Origin: Octopus vulgaris | Lineage: Eukaryota | Direction of reading: 5' to 3' | Length of the DNA: 64,000 nt | Assembly: GCA_951406725.2 (NCBI GenBank) | Contig: OX597820.1 | Location: forward strand, 121,148,001 to 121,212,000 | In this document: piece by piece, positions 26,453 through 40,282 of the stretch | Position numbering within the stretch: the first letter of the stretch is position 1 | How the letters are laid out: each line of letters starts with the position of its first letter | The notes under the pieces: model-generated | The model's database searches: none | The model's input: the letters and a program-made list of their open reading frames with translations, nothing else | Told to the model about the DNA's origin: nothing | Position numbers and translations under genes: made by a program

Positions 26453-27473
26453 TTTAACAAACAGAATAACAACAACAACAACAACCAGATCCTCAGCAGC
26501 AGCCATAATTATAACAGCAGATGACAAGGAATGGAACAATGGCAATGAATTGAATGAATAATTCATGATGGAGTATATTTCACGCGATCCATCTATTCCG
26601 TTCCTATCAACATATTTCTAACATTTCGTTATCACATTTCATACATAATATTATGGCGGATTCTTACAACAATAATTCTTCGTCTTTGCTTGAGAGGATT
26701 TCTTTCAGTTGCCTCCCTTAGTTGCTCTCTCTCTCCTTCCCTCCCTCACTCTCTCTCCAAACCCTCCACGTTTCGTTCCTTATCCGTCTGGCTTTTTTGT
26801 TTTCCTCTCCACCACTAAATCTGCGACTTAATTTTTCATTTCTTTCTATTTTTTCTTTCTGTCAATTGTTTCTGAAAGTCGTATCATTTATTATTCTCGT
26901 CATTATTTTCCTTTTTCTCCTGTTGTTTGTGTCACGTGAGAATTTTTCAACCATTTTCTATTCGTTTGCACTCATTTATTTCTTTGGCTCAATGTGAATG
27001 TACGTTTTTACCAGAAAACCCTCTTTTTCCTTTTTTTAATCTTCGTCTCATCCTCAATACTATTGTTTTTCTTGTTCTGCTTTGGATTTGCCCAGCTTCA
27101 GCTCTCAAAAGGTTGGCTGATTTCATTGTAGATATTTTAAATTATTTTTAATCATTTCGTTAAATAAGGGCCCCTAATTCACTGCACAAGGACTGGGTTA
27201 GTGTGTGACCCTAATGGAGGTCTGTATTACAACGGTAATTTCGTCAAATTGTAAATTTTAATATATAACGACACGGAAACATCCGTCCACTGCGGAGTGA
27301 TGTGAGGAGAAATGCTTTCTGACTCACACACTGTATAATGGTAGGTTTTCTTGCCCCAGTTCAATTATCTCCAGCTCGATTACAAAGAAACATTGACGGA
27401 AAAGTAAATCTTTGGTTTGTGTGAAAACCTGGAACTGTTATATATCTTTGATTTTCATTAGTTTGCCACAATA

Positions 27474-27660
27474 AAGGTTTCAAATTTTGGCTCAGGGCCA
27501 ACAGGTTCGGAAGAGGGGCTGAGTCGATTACATCGACTCCAGTGTTGCAATGGTACATATTTTATCAATCTCGAAAGGATGAAAGGCAAAGTCGACCTCA
27601 GCGGAGTTGAACTTGAGAAGGTTAAAACGGAGGAAATGCCGCTAAGCATTTTGTTCAACT
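27474..27660 (-). mobile_element. SINE family B
   Basis: CGAAAGGATGAAAGGCAAAGTCGACCTC body. Confidence 0.8.
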
Positions 27661-27819
27661 AGCTCGGTGCCTTAGGTAGCCACAATATTCTCATCCTTCC
27701 TTGTAAATACCAGGCAACCATTATCAGCAGCAGCATCGGTGTATTTACCACTACTACTACTACTACTATGATCCTCGATAACAACAGAACATCGCATTTT
27801 TAGTTTAGATCAATCACTG

Positions 27820-28245
27820 CTTCTATCTATCTATCTGTTTGTCTGTCTGTTTGTCTATCTGTCTGTCTGCCTGCCTGCCTGTCTATCTATGTGTTTATCT
27901 GTTTATCTATCTGTTTGTTTATCTCTCACTCTATCTCCCTATCTCTATCTCTCAATCCATCTAACTCTGTATCTCTCTAACTCTCTATCTCTCTAACTCT
28001 CTATCTCTCTATCTATCTTTCTACCTACCTACCTACCTACCTACCTACCTACCTACCTACCTACCTACCTACCTACCTACCTACTTATTTCTCTGTCTAT
28101 TAATTTGTGTATGTATGCGTATATGCAGCTATTTATCTATTTGTATGTTTGTCAGTCTCTCTGTATATTGATCTATCTGTCTGTCTGTTTGTCTATCTTT
28201 CTATCTACTTATATCCGTTCACAAATAGTATACACAAATATACCA

Positions 28246-28295
<50 letters not shown>

Positions 28296-28316
28296 GTGTG
28301 TGTGTATATATATATG

Positions 28317-28406
<90 letters not shown>

Positions 28407-28467
28407 ACGGGAAGCTTTATGAAAATAAACAAAAGACGAAGGCAGGTGATATATGTGTGTGTGTGTG

Positions 28468-28518
<51 letters not shown>

Positions 28519-28529
28519 GTGTGTGTGTG

Positions 28530-28560
<31 letters not shown>

Positions 28561-28573
28561 ATATATATATATA

Positions 28574-28642
<69 letters not shown>
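27820..28642. repeat. (TCTA/TCTG/CCTA)n and (TA)n/(TG)n microsatellite field
   Basis: Directly visible; contains a 45-bp Penelope-like tip at about 28406-28450 matching 48536-48585. Confidence 0.9.
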
Positions 28643-29815
28643 GCTTCAAGTTATATACGTATATTTACACTCATCCGTACGTGCGTGTGGCCGCATATTT
28701 GAGTGGTTGTGTACGAGTATGTATGCCGGTGTGTGTCTATGTGTATAAATCATGTTATATTTCAAATGAGAAGGCGTTTATCTTTCTACACCACAACCAA
28801 ACACAACGAAATGCTTTTCAACATAGAATTCCTATTTGAATTTTAAACACCCTCACTTATGCATACACACATTCACACACGGACACACATACACACTGAT
28901 ACCTTCACAGACTTAGTAAGAACCACACATAAACACACACATACAACGTGTAGAGACACATGCTTCAAACTCATGGCGCTCTTCTACTACATATACATAC
29001 GTAGAGAAGGAAACATTGTTATCGCGTTCAATCACATGATTCATTGTTCTTTTGGTTTTGGGACACCAAGATGGGATTCCGTGTCATACGAGACGGAGGT
29101 TGATGAGGGTGATGGTGCACTAGAATTGGGAGCGTTGAGTGTGGAACCTGAGAGTGGTTGGATCTATCAAATGACAATTGTGTGAATAGCGACCATACAG
29201 GCGGTTTCCCCTTTCTCGTCCATTGTTTGCAAGGAATTGAGGAGTTTTCGGGAGAAGGTGAGGGGAGACGTAAGTGTTTTATGATAGCGTGGTTCATTGT
29301 TTACATGCTAATAGGTATATGTGTGTGTGTGTGTGCGAGTGCGTGTGTATATGGATATAGGCATGTATATGTGTGTATACACACTCACACACAAGAATGT
29401 GTAGATATATGTCTATATCTTTGTCTGTATACATGCGTGTCTGTGCATGTGTGCTTGTGAGTATATATATCAATCTCTTTCTTTTTAGCCTGTGTGTATA
29501 CGTATTTATATATGTATGTATATACGTATGTATGTATGAATGTATTTCTTGTATGCATGTATGTGCGTCTGTATGTATGTATCATTTTATGTATCAAATG
29601 TTTTATAATTAACATATCAGTCATAGATATTACGGAGCCAGATGGCGAACACTGAAGCAGGGACTTCACCAGACGTGGTGTCTCTATTAAATCACATATT
29701 TATCTCTGCACTTTATTGCGATCTCTCTTATTGTCTCATTAAATTCATATTGCTCTGTATACTTACATACTTTTACACACTTAGACACGCACAGATGTAT
29801 ATATACCCTTGCACA

Positions 29816-29876
<61 letters not shown>

Positions 29877-29882
29877 ATACAA

Positions 29883-29939
<57 letters not shown>

Positions 29940-31639
29940 CATAGATAGATGAAATATCGAAAGATGGTGCAATATGTATATATAGCAAGTTATGTATAGA
30001 TGTTATAAACGTTAGCACAAATTACAGTTGTATAAATACGCTTCTTTTCAAACATTATTTTTGATAAAACAATCACTTTTCTTAATGTCTTGCCTCGGGA
30101 CAGACTTGACCGAATAGACTTTTGACTAAATCCACGACCATAACATCTGATTTTATCTTGTATAGAAGACTTGTTATTTTATTAGAGATTGTATCTCATG
30201 GCTTGAGGGAGATCGAGCTGCCATAGTTGCTTCTTTTGTTGTCTTCACGAAATCCCAATTTAATATAAAGATGACATGGCCGATGTGACGGTTAATTAGT
30301 GTAACTGTATACTACAGTGACACAGCAATTATAAATACAAACTAGGTGTCAGTTGTAAATAATCTGTTTCCATCTATAAATGGGGGCAATAAAAAAAGGG
30401 ATGGCATGGGCAAGAAGCAAAAAATAATGGAGGACTATCAACATTAAACGTAGATTCATTGATAAAAATAATTAGACGTAAAGGTAGATGGCATTATAAG
30501 AATAAGCTAGGGTCTTCAAAATAAAGGACCTCCTACATAGGATGGTGTTGTAGTGTACTAAAACAAAGCCGGTATACACTGGCGCAGAAAACAATGAGGC
30601 TCGACCAATGGCATGTAGGCGCCTGGTCGTCCTGGGATGTCCGAATTAGTATGGAATAAGAGAAATCTTGATTAGATTGAATGATAACATGATCAAACGG
30701 GTTAGATTGAGGATAGGATTGGAGAAAACATTGTAAGACAGTTCGCAATTAACGATATATTTAGAAACTTCGTTGAAAGAGCCAAGTTTCTCCTAGACTC
30801 AAACTGAAGGCAACTTTCAGAGGCATATGTTTCCAGAAACTAATCGAAGTGAAAGGTAACATGTACTGTGGGCTTACTTAGGTGGTAGCTTCTCGTTTTA
30901 TGCAACTAAATGGTTCACCTGATTTAACATATTGTTTTACAGTTTTGGAAGTCCTATGCTTGTATGACACAAAGTGTATGTATGAACCCAAGTAAAGCAT
31001 GAAGAAAGAATACAGAATCGGTAGAGCATCGGTGAAAATGCTTTACAATATTTCTTCCAGCTCTTTAATTCTGTGTTCAACTCTCAGTTTGTCCTCTTTA
31101 TCATTCCCCTTTAGGTACGAGGGTCGAGGGTATACTCTTCTCTGTGGCCAAGCCCTCATTGGCCTCTTCAGGTTTGAATTGAGGAGAAAATGGAACGCAG
31201 CAAATTCATTGAAAAATGAACGAGGAGAGAGCATGGGCTGAGTGAAAAATCCCGCTCTTAGAATGTGTCCTGAGATTGGAGAACTGCACAGAGAGCTCGT
31301 TTGCCTAAGTGGTCAACGTAAAAATGCTTTCTGTGAGATTTCTACAAGCAGCCCTCGGACTTCACTTCACTTTGAGTAAATTTTTAATAGCTACAAATTT
31401 TCGTTACCTTACTGTTTATCAAGTAAATTTGTGTATGCATCTGAACACTTCTGTTCTTTATTTTGTCCCGAGGTCATTTTTGCAGTAGACTCTTCCGTCC
31501 AATAAGGAACATAGTTTGGCGAGTCGGTACCAGTTAATCACTGGGAAGAGGGGGCGATGTAATCGACTTAGCACACTTCCCCCAAATTACTGGCTTTGTG
31601 CTAAAACTTGAAATCTACCTCCACATCATCATCATTCAC

Positions 31640-31705
<66 letters not shown>

Positions 31706-31708
31706 TGA

Positions 31709-31903
31709 AGGCTGTGCGCTGGCGGAAGCTTTAGGACGTATGGCGAAATGCTTAGCGGTATTTCGTCTGTCTTCATGTTCTGAGTTCAAATGCCGCTTGT
31801 GTCGACCTAGCTTTCCATCCTCTTCGGGTGGATAAATTAACTACTACTTAATCGACTGGTCCCCTCCACCAAAATTCCAGGCCTCGTGCCTATAGTAGAA
31901 AGG
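31709..31903 (+). mobile_element. SINE family B (a tail fragment also at about 31500-31612)
   Basis: GAAATGCTTAGCGGTATTTCGTC..GAGTTCAAAT, flanked by (ATT)n. Confidence 0.8.
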
Positions 31904-31932
31904 GTTATTATTATTATTATTATTATTATTAT

Positions 31933-32249
31933 TGTTTGACTTTTGCTTTGCATTTGTACAAGTTGGCTGCAAGTCTCACCCAGAGACCTCAAGAGACAAC
32001 AAATTAGAAGTTTGTGTTGGTGTTATGCCTACGCTGTCATATATTTGGTTTTGCACAAAGTGTTGTTCTAGAGAATGTTTAAGAAAACTTAAGAAAATTA
32101 TGAGTTTGTTTTAAAATTTGAGATTACACAGTCAGTATTTTACGTAGGATATGGGCAGTTCCCATGAGCACTATCTTTTGAATTTCTGTCATTTTGGGGC
32201 TTCCTGGTATCTGAGCTAGGTAACAATCAGTTCCTTTTGCTATCATTCC

Positions 32250-32250
<1 letters not shown>
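31933..32250 (-). mobile_element. 3' end of R4/Dong-like RLE retrotransposon in (ATT)n
   Basis: GMIAKGTDCYLAQIPGSPKMTEIQKIVLMGTAHILRKILTV* plus 3' UTR; (ATT)n on both sides. Confidence 0.8.
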
Positions 32251-32318
<68 letters not shown>

Positions 32319-32321
32319 CAT

Positions 32322-32628
32322 TATGGCTCAATGGTTAGAGCGTCGAGCTTACGATCGTGAGGTTGTGAGCTCGAATCCCGGACCGGGCTGCGTGTTGTGT
32401 TCTTGAGCAAGACACTTTATTTCACGTTGCTCCAGTTCACTCAGCTGTAGAAATGAGTTGCGACGTCACAGGTGCCAAGGTGTATCGACCTTTGTCTTTC
32501 CCTTGGATAACACTGGTGGCATGGGCGACTGCTGGTCTTCCATAAACAACCTCGCCCGGACTTGTGTCTAGGAGGGTAACTTTCTAGGTGCAATCCCATG
32601 GTCTGTGTCGTGACCGAAGGGGGTCTCC
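32322..32628 (+). mobile_element. tRNA(Arg)-like CORE-type SINE, family C
   Basis: TGGCTCAATGGTTAGAGCG A box, anticodon loop TT-ACG-AT, TCGAATCC B box, CORE-like GTGTTCTTGAGCAAGACACTTT; flanked by (ATT)n. Confidence 0.85.
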
Positions 32629-32657
32629 GATTATTATTATTATTATTATTATTGTTG

Positions 32658-32763
<106 letters not shown>

Positions 32764-33434
32764 CATCAGCATCATAGCTATTGCCGTTGTTGTTTTTTTC
32801 CTTTCTTTTTATAATTATAATTCTCTTTTTCTCTTTTGATTCTTTACCGCTCAGAAATATAAAACTTCAATTTCTCCTTCTTTCCATTTCTTACCATTCC
32901 TTTCTCTCTATTTCTCTCTTCTGTATTTTTCTTCATTTCTCCGATACTTCATCACAGATCTGCTCTATTACCCTCGCACAACTTCTCCACCATTCATAAA
33001 AATCTATTATCACATCTTATTATAATATTATCATTTATTTCTCACTTCTACCTTGTCACAGTTAATTAATCTAGCAGACATGAATTTTTATTCGTTCAAC
33101 TATGTCATCACAATATTATATTTAGTATCTCAAATATATATTTATTTTCAATGGACCACTGACTGTTTTCATACATAATGCAGGATGTATTACTTGCTTA
33201 TACAAGAAAGATATATTCTTTAACATTAAATTAATGGTTTGTTTTATCGGCTTCAATGGCCCAAAGCGTCAAAGACAGTGCAAAGAGAATCATCATACCA
33301 GAAAAATTACCTAGCAATATCGTAGCATTAAAATTAGTTTCAAATGTAAGGGAGACAATTTCAATACTCTTCCTTCCTCAAAATGTCATTTAAATCTAGT
33401 TGAATAGTACAATTGCGTTTGTATGTATGTATGT

Positions 33435-33740
33435 CGTTGTTCAGTTTCATTTCAAGACCTCTTCCTAGATTCAAGGTTCATTCATTGGAATTTCAACATC
33501 AATAACAGGGTGTTTTTGTATGTATGTATGTATGTATACGTGCAAATTTGCATATTTCGCTTTATGTATGTATTCTCGTGCATATAGTTGCATTTCTAGA
33601 CACGCTCGTATATATTTAAATGATTAACGTCTCGAAAGTTTTACAAATTTTTTTCAGATCCAGTGATGGATTGGATCTGTAGTCTTCGAATTAGCTTTCT
33701 ACTTTCTGCTTTTGAGAAGCCTAGTTTCTCAAGATTGGAA
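33435..33740. repeat. Unclassified interspersed repeat (second copy at about 54124-54360)
   Basis: CGTTGTTCAGTT..ATTTCAA..TAGATTCAA..CATTG.AATTTCAA..TCAA shared between the two loci. Confidence 0.6.
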
Positions 33741-33761
33741 TGCAATAATGAAAATAACCCT

Positions 33762-34845
33762 GACATCTCATTTCATACCAATATTACATAAGAAATATCT
33801 TGAAATACTAAAGAGTAAATTTATTTAATAAAATTGCCATTGGTTCCAACCATGACCGCCAGACGAGTTTGGAATCTCTTGCAACTCTTTTGGACAGCCT
33901 CCTTGTTTAAGTTGGTGAATGGTGCCATAACCATTGTTGTCGCAGAAATTTTCTGACAGTCATGACTGGGTTCTGCTGCTTGTGTGGCATAGTGAAGAAT
34001 CCCGTTGCCAAACATAGTGTCTTACAGCAGCCACCCTCTTGACCCAGGGCAGCACTATATACTCCAGACACTTGATGTAGGCCCCTGTGTAGAGTATGAG
34101 GCCGTATGAGAAGATGAATGGAAGCATAACATCACCATGAATAGTAATCACTCCAAACACCATGATGTTGATTGGATGTTTGTCTTTTTATCACTCTCGG
34201 TACATGTTTTGGAGACACGGCAAGCCAACGGTTGTTCTGTGTGTTCACCATTTCATCCAGGCAGAAATTGTTCTCCTCTGAGAAAAACCAAAGCATGTTC
34301 GGTTGGAGAGGGTGCTTGAGTTTGTTCAAAAGCTTCCTAGCACGGTCTTTCCGCTTGTCCTTGATAGCTTGAGATAAAAATTGGCCCTTTCTAATCTTGT
34401 ATGAGGTATGCCGAATGTTTTCATGCAACTCAGACATTCCCATGTCCCTGGCAATGGACCTGATTGACTTGGAGGGATCGCTGTTAATCATAGCTTGGAT
34501 CACACCAACAAATTCAGGAGTTCTTTTCTCATCAGAACAATCAGACGTGAGTTTTCCGAACTGCTGAAATACCCATCCAGCTCTTTCTGAATCCTCTGCA
34601 CTGTCTTCAGATTGACACTCAAACACTCTGAAATGTTCGTATTGGAACTTCCGGCACGAATGCCAGGCAGTGCAGCATGCCGCTTCCAAATTTCTGGCGG
34701 AGTAAATTGCGTCATGGAGTTAATCTTCTCAGAGACGATGCCTAACTGACCCTACTATACTGTGTAGTTGACAAAATCAAACCCAAGCAATGAACCTGCG
34801 CCAAATTAGAAATAAAAATGGCGACTATTTACCCATCACACCCTG
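33762..34845 (-). mobile_element. Decayed Tc1/mariner-superfamily DNA transposon (transposase pseudogene)
   Basis: HTH N-terminus (ISECLSVNLKTVQRI; PSKSIRSIARDMG), LWFFSEENNF (D1 region), MVFGVI, YVWQRDSSLCH (D2 region); terminus TA|CAGGGTG at 34847-34839; frameshifts and deletion. Confidence 0.9.
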
Positions 34846-34900
34846 TATATATATATATATATATATGTATGTGTTGTGTATATATATATATATGTATATA

Positions 34901-34972
<72 letters not shown>

Positions 34973-34975
34973 GTG

Positions 34976-35006
<31 letters not shown>

Positions 35007-35010
35007 GGTG

Positions 35011-35085
<75 letters not shown>
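34846..35085. repeat. Long (TA)n microsatellite
   Basis: About 240 bp, mostly TA. Confidence 0.95.
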
Positions 35086-35273
35086 GACAGCAGTTTGCAA
35101 TTTCTCACCAAAAAGGAAAACTATGATTATCCCTAAATATGACTAGGGTATTAGAAACACCTACATTGCTAGAAATAAGAGCTAAAATACTCTAATGCTG
35201 TAGTGAAAGCACATAACTGTATACATATACACTTACTGGGACTCTAATCGCCTGAAAACACTGATCGGGAATT

Positions 35274-35323
35274 CCCTATAATGACCGATCAGTTTCGGTA
35301 ATTTCCGTGCCTCATCAGTAAGG
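35274..35323 (-). ncRNA. Type I hammerhead motif, canonical core, stem I offset
   Basis: Minus strand CCTTA-CTGATGA-GGCA/CGGAAAT/TACC-GAAA-CTGATCGGT-C-ATTA-TAGGG; near-palindromic stem III ACTGATCGGT. Confidence 0.55.
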
Positions 35324-35936
35324 ACTGGCTCAACTCCAGCAGATTCCAAGCTGAATTCTCTATTAGTATATATGTTTTTACCATAAAAATCCACGGATTC
35401 CTTATCGATCCTGGCTATAAAAAGCAAAATGTTTATCTTAGGTAGACTTGAATTCAAAATATTAATGTCGAACAAAGTAAGTTTTACGCCGTTCTAGCAA
35501 TAAATATTAGGGATATGAGCAGTTTATTTGTTCGACGCAATCCTTGTCGAGGATAAAGGTTCTGACGTAAATACAACATACAATGGAAATAAAGGTACAT
35601 AACTCTGCATCATGAGTTATTTTGACTTCCCAATCGGTTCTATTAAAGCACATCTGCCATTATAGTTTTCCCCATGTATCGACTCTTTCTTACAGAATTG
35701 CAATTCTGAAACAATCACTGTGTGTCGCAGATGTTAATCGTTTCCGCCACTGCCAATGTTATTAATTTACTCATACCAATGTAGTGCCACCGTTTCTCAC
35801 GCATTCATAATCGATATCAATATTTATTCAATCTTCCATTTGTATACATGTTCAATTCCTTACTCCCTCACGCAGTACCTCATTCATTCTTTCATCTTTT
35901 ATTCCTGCAATAGCTTATTCCTTGAAATATTCATTC

Positions 35937-36357
35937 ACTCTCTTTACTCTTTTACTCTTTTACTGGTTTCAGTCATTTGACTGCGGCCATGCTGGAGCAC
36001 CGCCTTTAGTCGAGCAAATCGACCCCGGGACTTATTCTTTGTAAGCCCAGTACTTATTCTATCGGTCTCTTTTGCCGAACCGCTAAGTGACGGGGACGTA
36101 AACACACCAGCATCGGTTGTCAAGCAATGCTAGGGGCACAAACACAGACACACAAACATACACACAAATACATATATATATATATACATATATACGACGG
36201 GCTTCTTTCAGTTTCCGTCTACCAAATCCACTCACAAGGCATTGGTCGGCCCGAAGCTATAGTAGAATACACTTGCCCAAGATGCCACGCAGTGGGACTG
36301 AACCCGGAACCATGTGGTTCGTAAGCAAGCTACTTACCACACAGCCACTCCTGCGCC
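35937..36357 (-). mobile_element. SINE family A (full length, young)
   Basis: Close match to the reverse complement of 890-1311. Confidence 0.92.
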
Positions 36358-36970
36358 TATTTAGATATATTTTCCAAATGTACACTGTCTTATTTTCCAT
36401 TATTCTTATTAAAAAATTGACACATTTCATTCTTTCAATAATAAATTAATAAATTCATTTATTTAGACTTCCATTTATTCATTTACACTGCACTTGTACA
36501 ATCATTCTTCAACTTACCTCTCTGAAGACTCCAATCTTTAAATCTATAATCACTTCTGTCCTTCCCACGTCAATTCATTGATTTCTCGACTTCAACCATT
36601 TTTCACGCAATCGTTCACATATAACAAATAACTCCTTCATACAATAACACCGTATTCCTTCATTCATTCCCTGAGCTTTGCTTATTTACTCATTCGTTTA
36701 CATTGTTCTCTTTCTATCAATTCACTGATCCCACACTCTTTGAACATTCCAGACAATATTCGGTTTTGTCCTTCTTCACACATTTAGCGAAGTTCCTTCC
36801 TCAGATGTTTCTTTCCGTACACACCGATTCAAAATGAGATTCTCCATCTGGCCCATGCCTCAACAAATTCAAATATACATGGTTTAACAGAAAATGAACG
36901 TGAGTACAAATTCGCATGCACTTCTCCTTTTCAGAAAAAGTAATCAACCATCTAACTCGCACATTGCTTA

Positions 36971-37520
36971 TCTATTATATAAAATCCGTTCTGTCTGTCT
37001 GTGTGTGTGTCTTCTAGGATCTCGGGCATCCTCCATCCGATTGCACTCAAATTTGATATGTAGATACCGACGGTATCAGGGCGGGTATAAGTCTGGAAAA
37101 AAATACAAAAATCGATTCCAGGTGAGAATGCGATCGACAAAACCGTGGGAACGTTCATTTGTAAAATCGTTTTTCTTGGAATAGTAAAAAAGTCTATATT
37201 TATTTCTTCTTTTGCTGGTGTCTCAAATTTAGACTAAATCAGTGTTTCTCAAAGGGGAGGCCTATGGGACGGTCGGACAAGTTGTTTTGAGAAAATTTGG
37301 TTTAAATGTCCATTACACGGGGAGGGGGAGGCGTTTTGCTCGTACAATCTATAAGTGGAACAGTAATAGTATGCAAGATTTTCCTCAAGTATGACATTGA
37401 ATTTGTTACCTACATCCCAAATACGAAGCTTTGTATCGTTGTTAGTTACCAGCTCCTTCCTCACAGGAAGAATTTAAATATATTATTTCGTTAAGGTTAT
37501 TCCTACAGATACTCTGTAGA
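36971..37520 (+). mobile_element. Probable non-autonomous Helitron remnant
   Basis: A|TCTATTATATAAAA start followed by (TCTG)n; hairpin CTACAGA-TAC-TCTGTAG near 37503-37519. Confidence 0.5.
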
Positions 37521-37525
37521 AGTTA

Positions 37526-38333
37526 TAGCCAGTAATGATATTTTGGGATCATTTCGGTTTGAACGGCAGTTCTTTTTAGCGGTGTCATATGAAATTGTCA
37601 CCCATAATTATGACCCTAGTATCGATCTATTGCATTTCAATCTATTTTAGGGTTAGAGTTAGGGTTAGTTAGGGTTGGTGGAAGGGTATCTTTTTTTCTT
37701 CACAAATGTAAATAAACCCAATCTGTTTCTTAAACGAGGAACATATTCATACGGCACAGAATGTTTTCACCTCAATAGACGGTCATTGATTGGTTGAAAT
37801 TGCAGAACTTTAAGAAAAAAATCAACAAATATCTTACAAACTATAGAATTTTCTCAAGAAAGCCAAGAGAAAGTGATGTTTTATAAACACATTCTACCAG
37901 TATACGAAGTTTAGATGTTTTTAGTTACATAGAAATTATGTTAAAAACTGCCGAAAAGATCCATATTTTGCAGCAACGTTTCGTATCGAGGCATCAGATG
38001 TAAACAATGAGATCGAAGACAAAAATTGGTAATGGCTGTATATGCCATATTTCGCAGGTCGCCTACAAATCCTTAATATTTTCGTACCAGTTCCAGGAAT
38101 TGGTTTAATATGTAAATTGGTACATCCATTAACTTAATACCACTGTATGCGGTGGTAGTATAAGGAATGTTTTTCGGAGGTGATAATAGGTTAGATGGGT
38201 TTTAATGAAGAGGGTTAAAACTCCCCGAATTATGGCGGATACACTCATTACCCATTTCTGTATTCGATCTCATTGTTTGTTTTCATCGAACGTCTCGATG
38301 CGAAACGTGCAGCAAAAAGCTCAGTGTTAGCTA
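37526..38333. mobile_element. Old TIR element (MITE) whose left TIR is split by the 37546-37962 insertion
   Basis: CGTTTCGTATCGAGGCATCAGATGTAAACAATGAGATCGAA (about 37977-38017) is inverted at about 38263-38307. Confidence 0.6.
37546..37962. mobile_element. TTAGGG-containing MITE, copy 1
   Basis: TIR GGATC.TTTCGGTTTGAACGGCAG; 8-bp TSD ATATTTTG at 37538-37545 and 37963-37970; 9-bp deletion in right TIR. Confidence 0.92.
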
Positions 38334-38479
38334 AAATCCCTATAGAATATCTGTAGAAAAAAACTTAACAAAATATTGTAAAAAGCACTGATAACGCAGT
38401 GGAACGTACTGTATACATACATACATACATACATACATACATACATACATACACACACATATATATATATATATATTAT

Positions 38480-38815
38480 ATGTAGAAAAATACAAACTGG
38501 GACAAGAACGTAAAACATTTAGAAGACGATACAAAAAACACGGACGGGACATTCGAAGCCTTCAATCTTCAGTCAAGAACCGGATCATCCTAGCAATTTC
38601 GGCTGATTAATCTTGAGATTGCTCCGATCCGGCCAGCCCTAAGGAAAAACTAAGCTACGAGCATTAGATTTCTTGGAAGAAGAATCGAATGTATACGAAA
38701 CAGGGACAGAAAAACGGACGATGCCACACGAATATAAAATACAAGAAACAAAATGGTAAAAACAGGACAAAAACAGCGGGTGTCTTACGACTAATAAACA
38801 GTACAAGTTTAGCTA
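38480..38815 (-). mobile_element. Penelope-like remnant between (TA)n tracts
   Basis: Purine-rich insert bounded by (TA)n, similar in style to other remnants; only degenerate hammerhead-like words. Confidence 0.4.
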
Positions 38816-38826
38816 TATATATATAT

Positions 38827-39046
38827 ATAATTAGAAAAAACCCACCTTTTATCAATTCAAAATTAAATTACACCATCTAGAAAATTACATATTATAGAAA
38901 TATTAACATTAAAATAACAATAAAATGTCAAAGATTAAGTAAATTTTATTATTTTAATGTTAATATTTCTATTATATGTAATTTTCTAGATGGTGTAATT
39001 TAATTGTTCATTTTGAATTGATAAAAGGCGTTTTTTTTCTAATTAT
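38827..39046. repeat. AT-rich inverted repeat (about 100-bp arms, 16-nt spacer)
   Basis: 38827-38926 pairs with 38943-39046 with one 7-bp indel. Confidence 0.9.
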
Positions 39047-39144
39047 TTATATACATATTATATTGTGTGAAATTTGATTTAGTATTTCTAAATTGAATTT
39101 TTTCCTTGTAAGTTTTGGATTTTATTCCCTCAAATATTAATAAT

Positions 39145-39192
<48 letters not shown>

Positions 39193-40003
39193 TGAGAAAA
39201 ACGGAGATTTGCACATCCAAGTTTTATAATACAGTTATGTGGGTATATATATTCATATATATATATATATATATACCCACACAAACAAAATTTGCATGAA
39301 GGAACATACATACGCATCCCAAAATATATATACGCGTGCGTGTAAGCGTAAATATATATGTTTGTAACCTAGAAAGCAGACGTATGTCAATATATTAAAT
39401 GAAATGTATCCTTTAGAATACGAGCCTCCCTCTATCTGTGGCTTGGTTGTTTGCGGTTTTGTGTGTGTATGGGAATATCTCGAGGAATACGTATGTAGAT
39501 GTGTGAGGTTTTCTCGATATCACAATATAGACTCACTAATTCGTTACAGTGTATGATTCACACAGACCTACACCCACAGGCACGCACATACACACACACT
39601 TACGCATGCGCACGCACACACACACATACTCACACAAATGCGCGCGCACGGAGGCCTTGTAGAAATAAATGAAATGCAGAAATGTACAAACACACGCATG
39701 CGCACGTTGGTGTATGTACGTGTAAATATGCGTGCGTATACAGATGAGTGTGTAATATAGCTATATAAGTGTGTGTGTGTGTGTGTGTGTGTTTGTGTGT
39801 GTGTGTTTCTCTGTGTGTGCAGTATGTGTATATGTAATATCCGAGAATAAAATATGTATGTATGTATACACACTCACTAATTCACCGCATCTACACACTC
39901 ACGTTAGCACTCATAGTTATCGCGACTCATATACATCCACCTTCAGGAACATACATCGCATACAAACTATGATACCAGCCTACAGTGCCATATGCGCCAA
40001 AAG

Positions 40004-40282
<279 letters not shown>

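Noticed and set aside
32322-32390. tRNA-Arg gene
   Set aside because: Acceptor stem is missing and the sequence continues into a CORE-like SINE body. The other tRNA-like heads are likewise SINEs.
34132-34689. 185-aa ORF as a functional transposase
   Set aside because: The transposase is split over several frames, the first catalytic Asp appears mutated, and the third-Asp region is deleted.
38545-38625. Minus-strand CTGAAGA/CTCAAGA...GAA words
   Set aside because: Stems I and III do not assemble into a valid fold.
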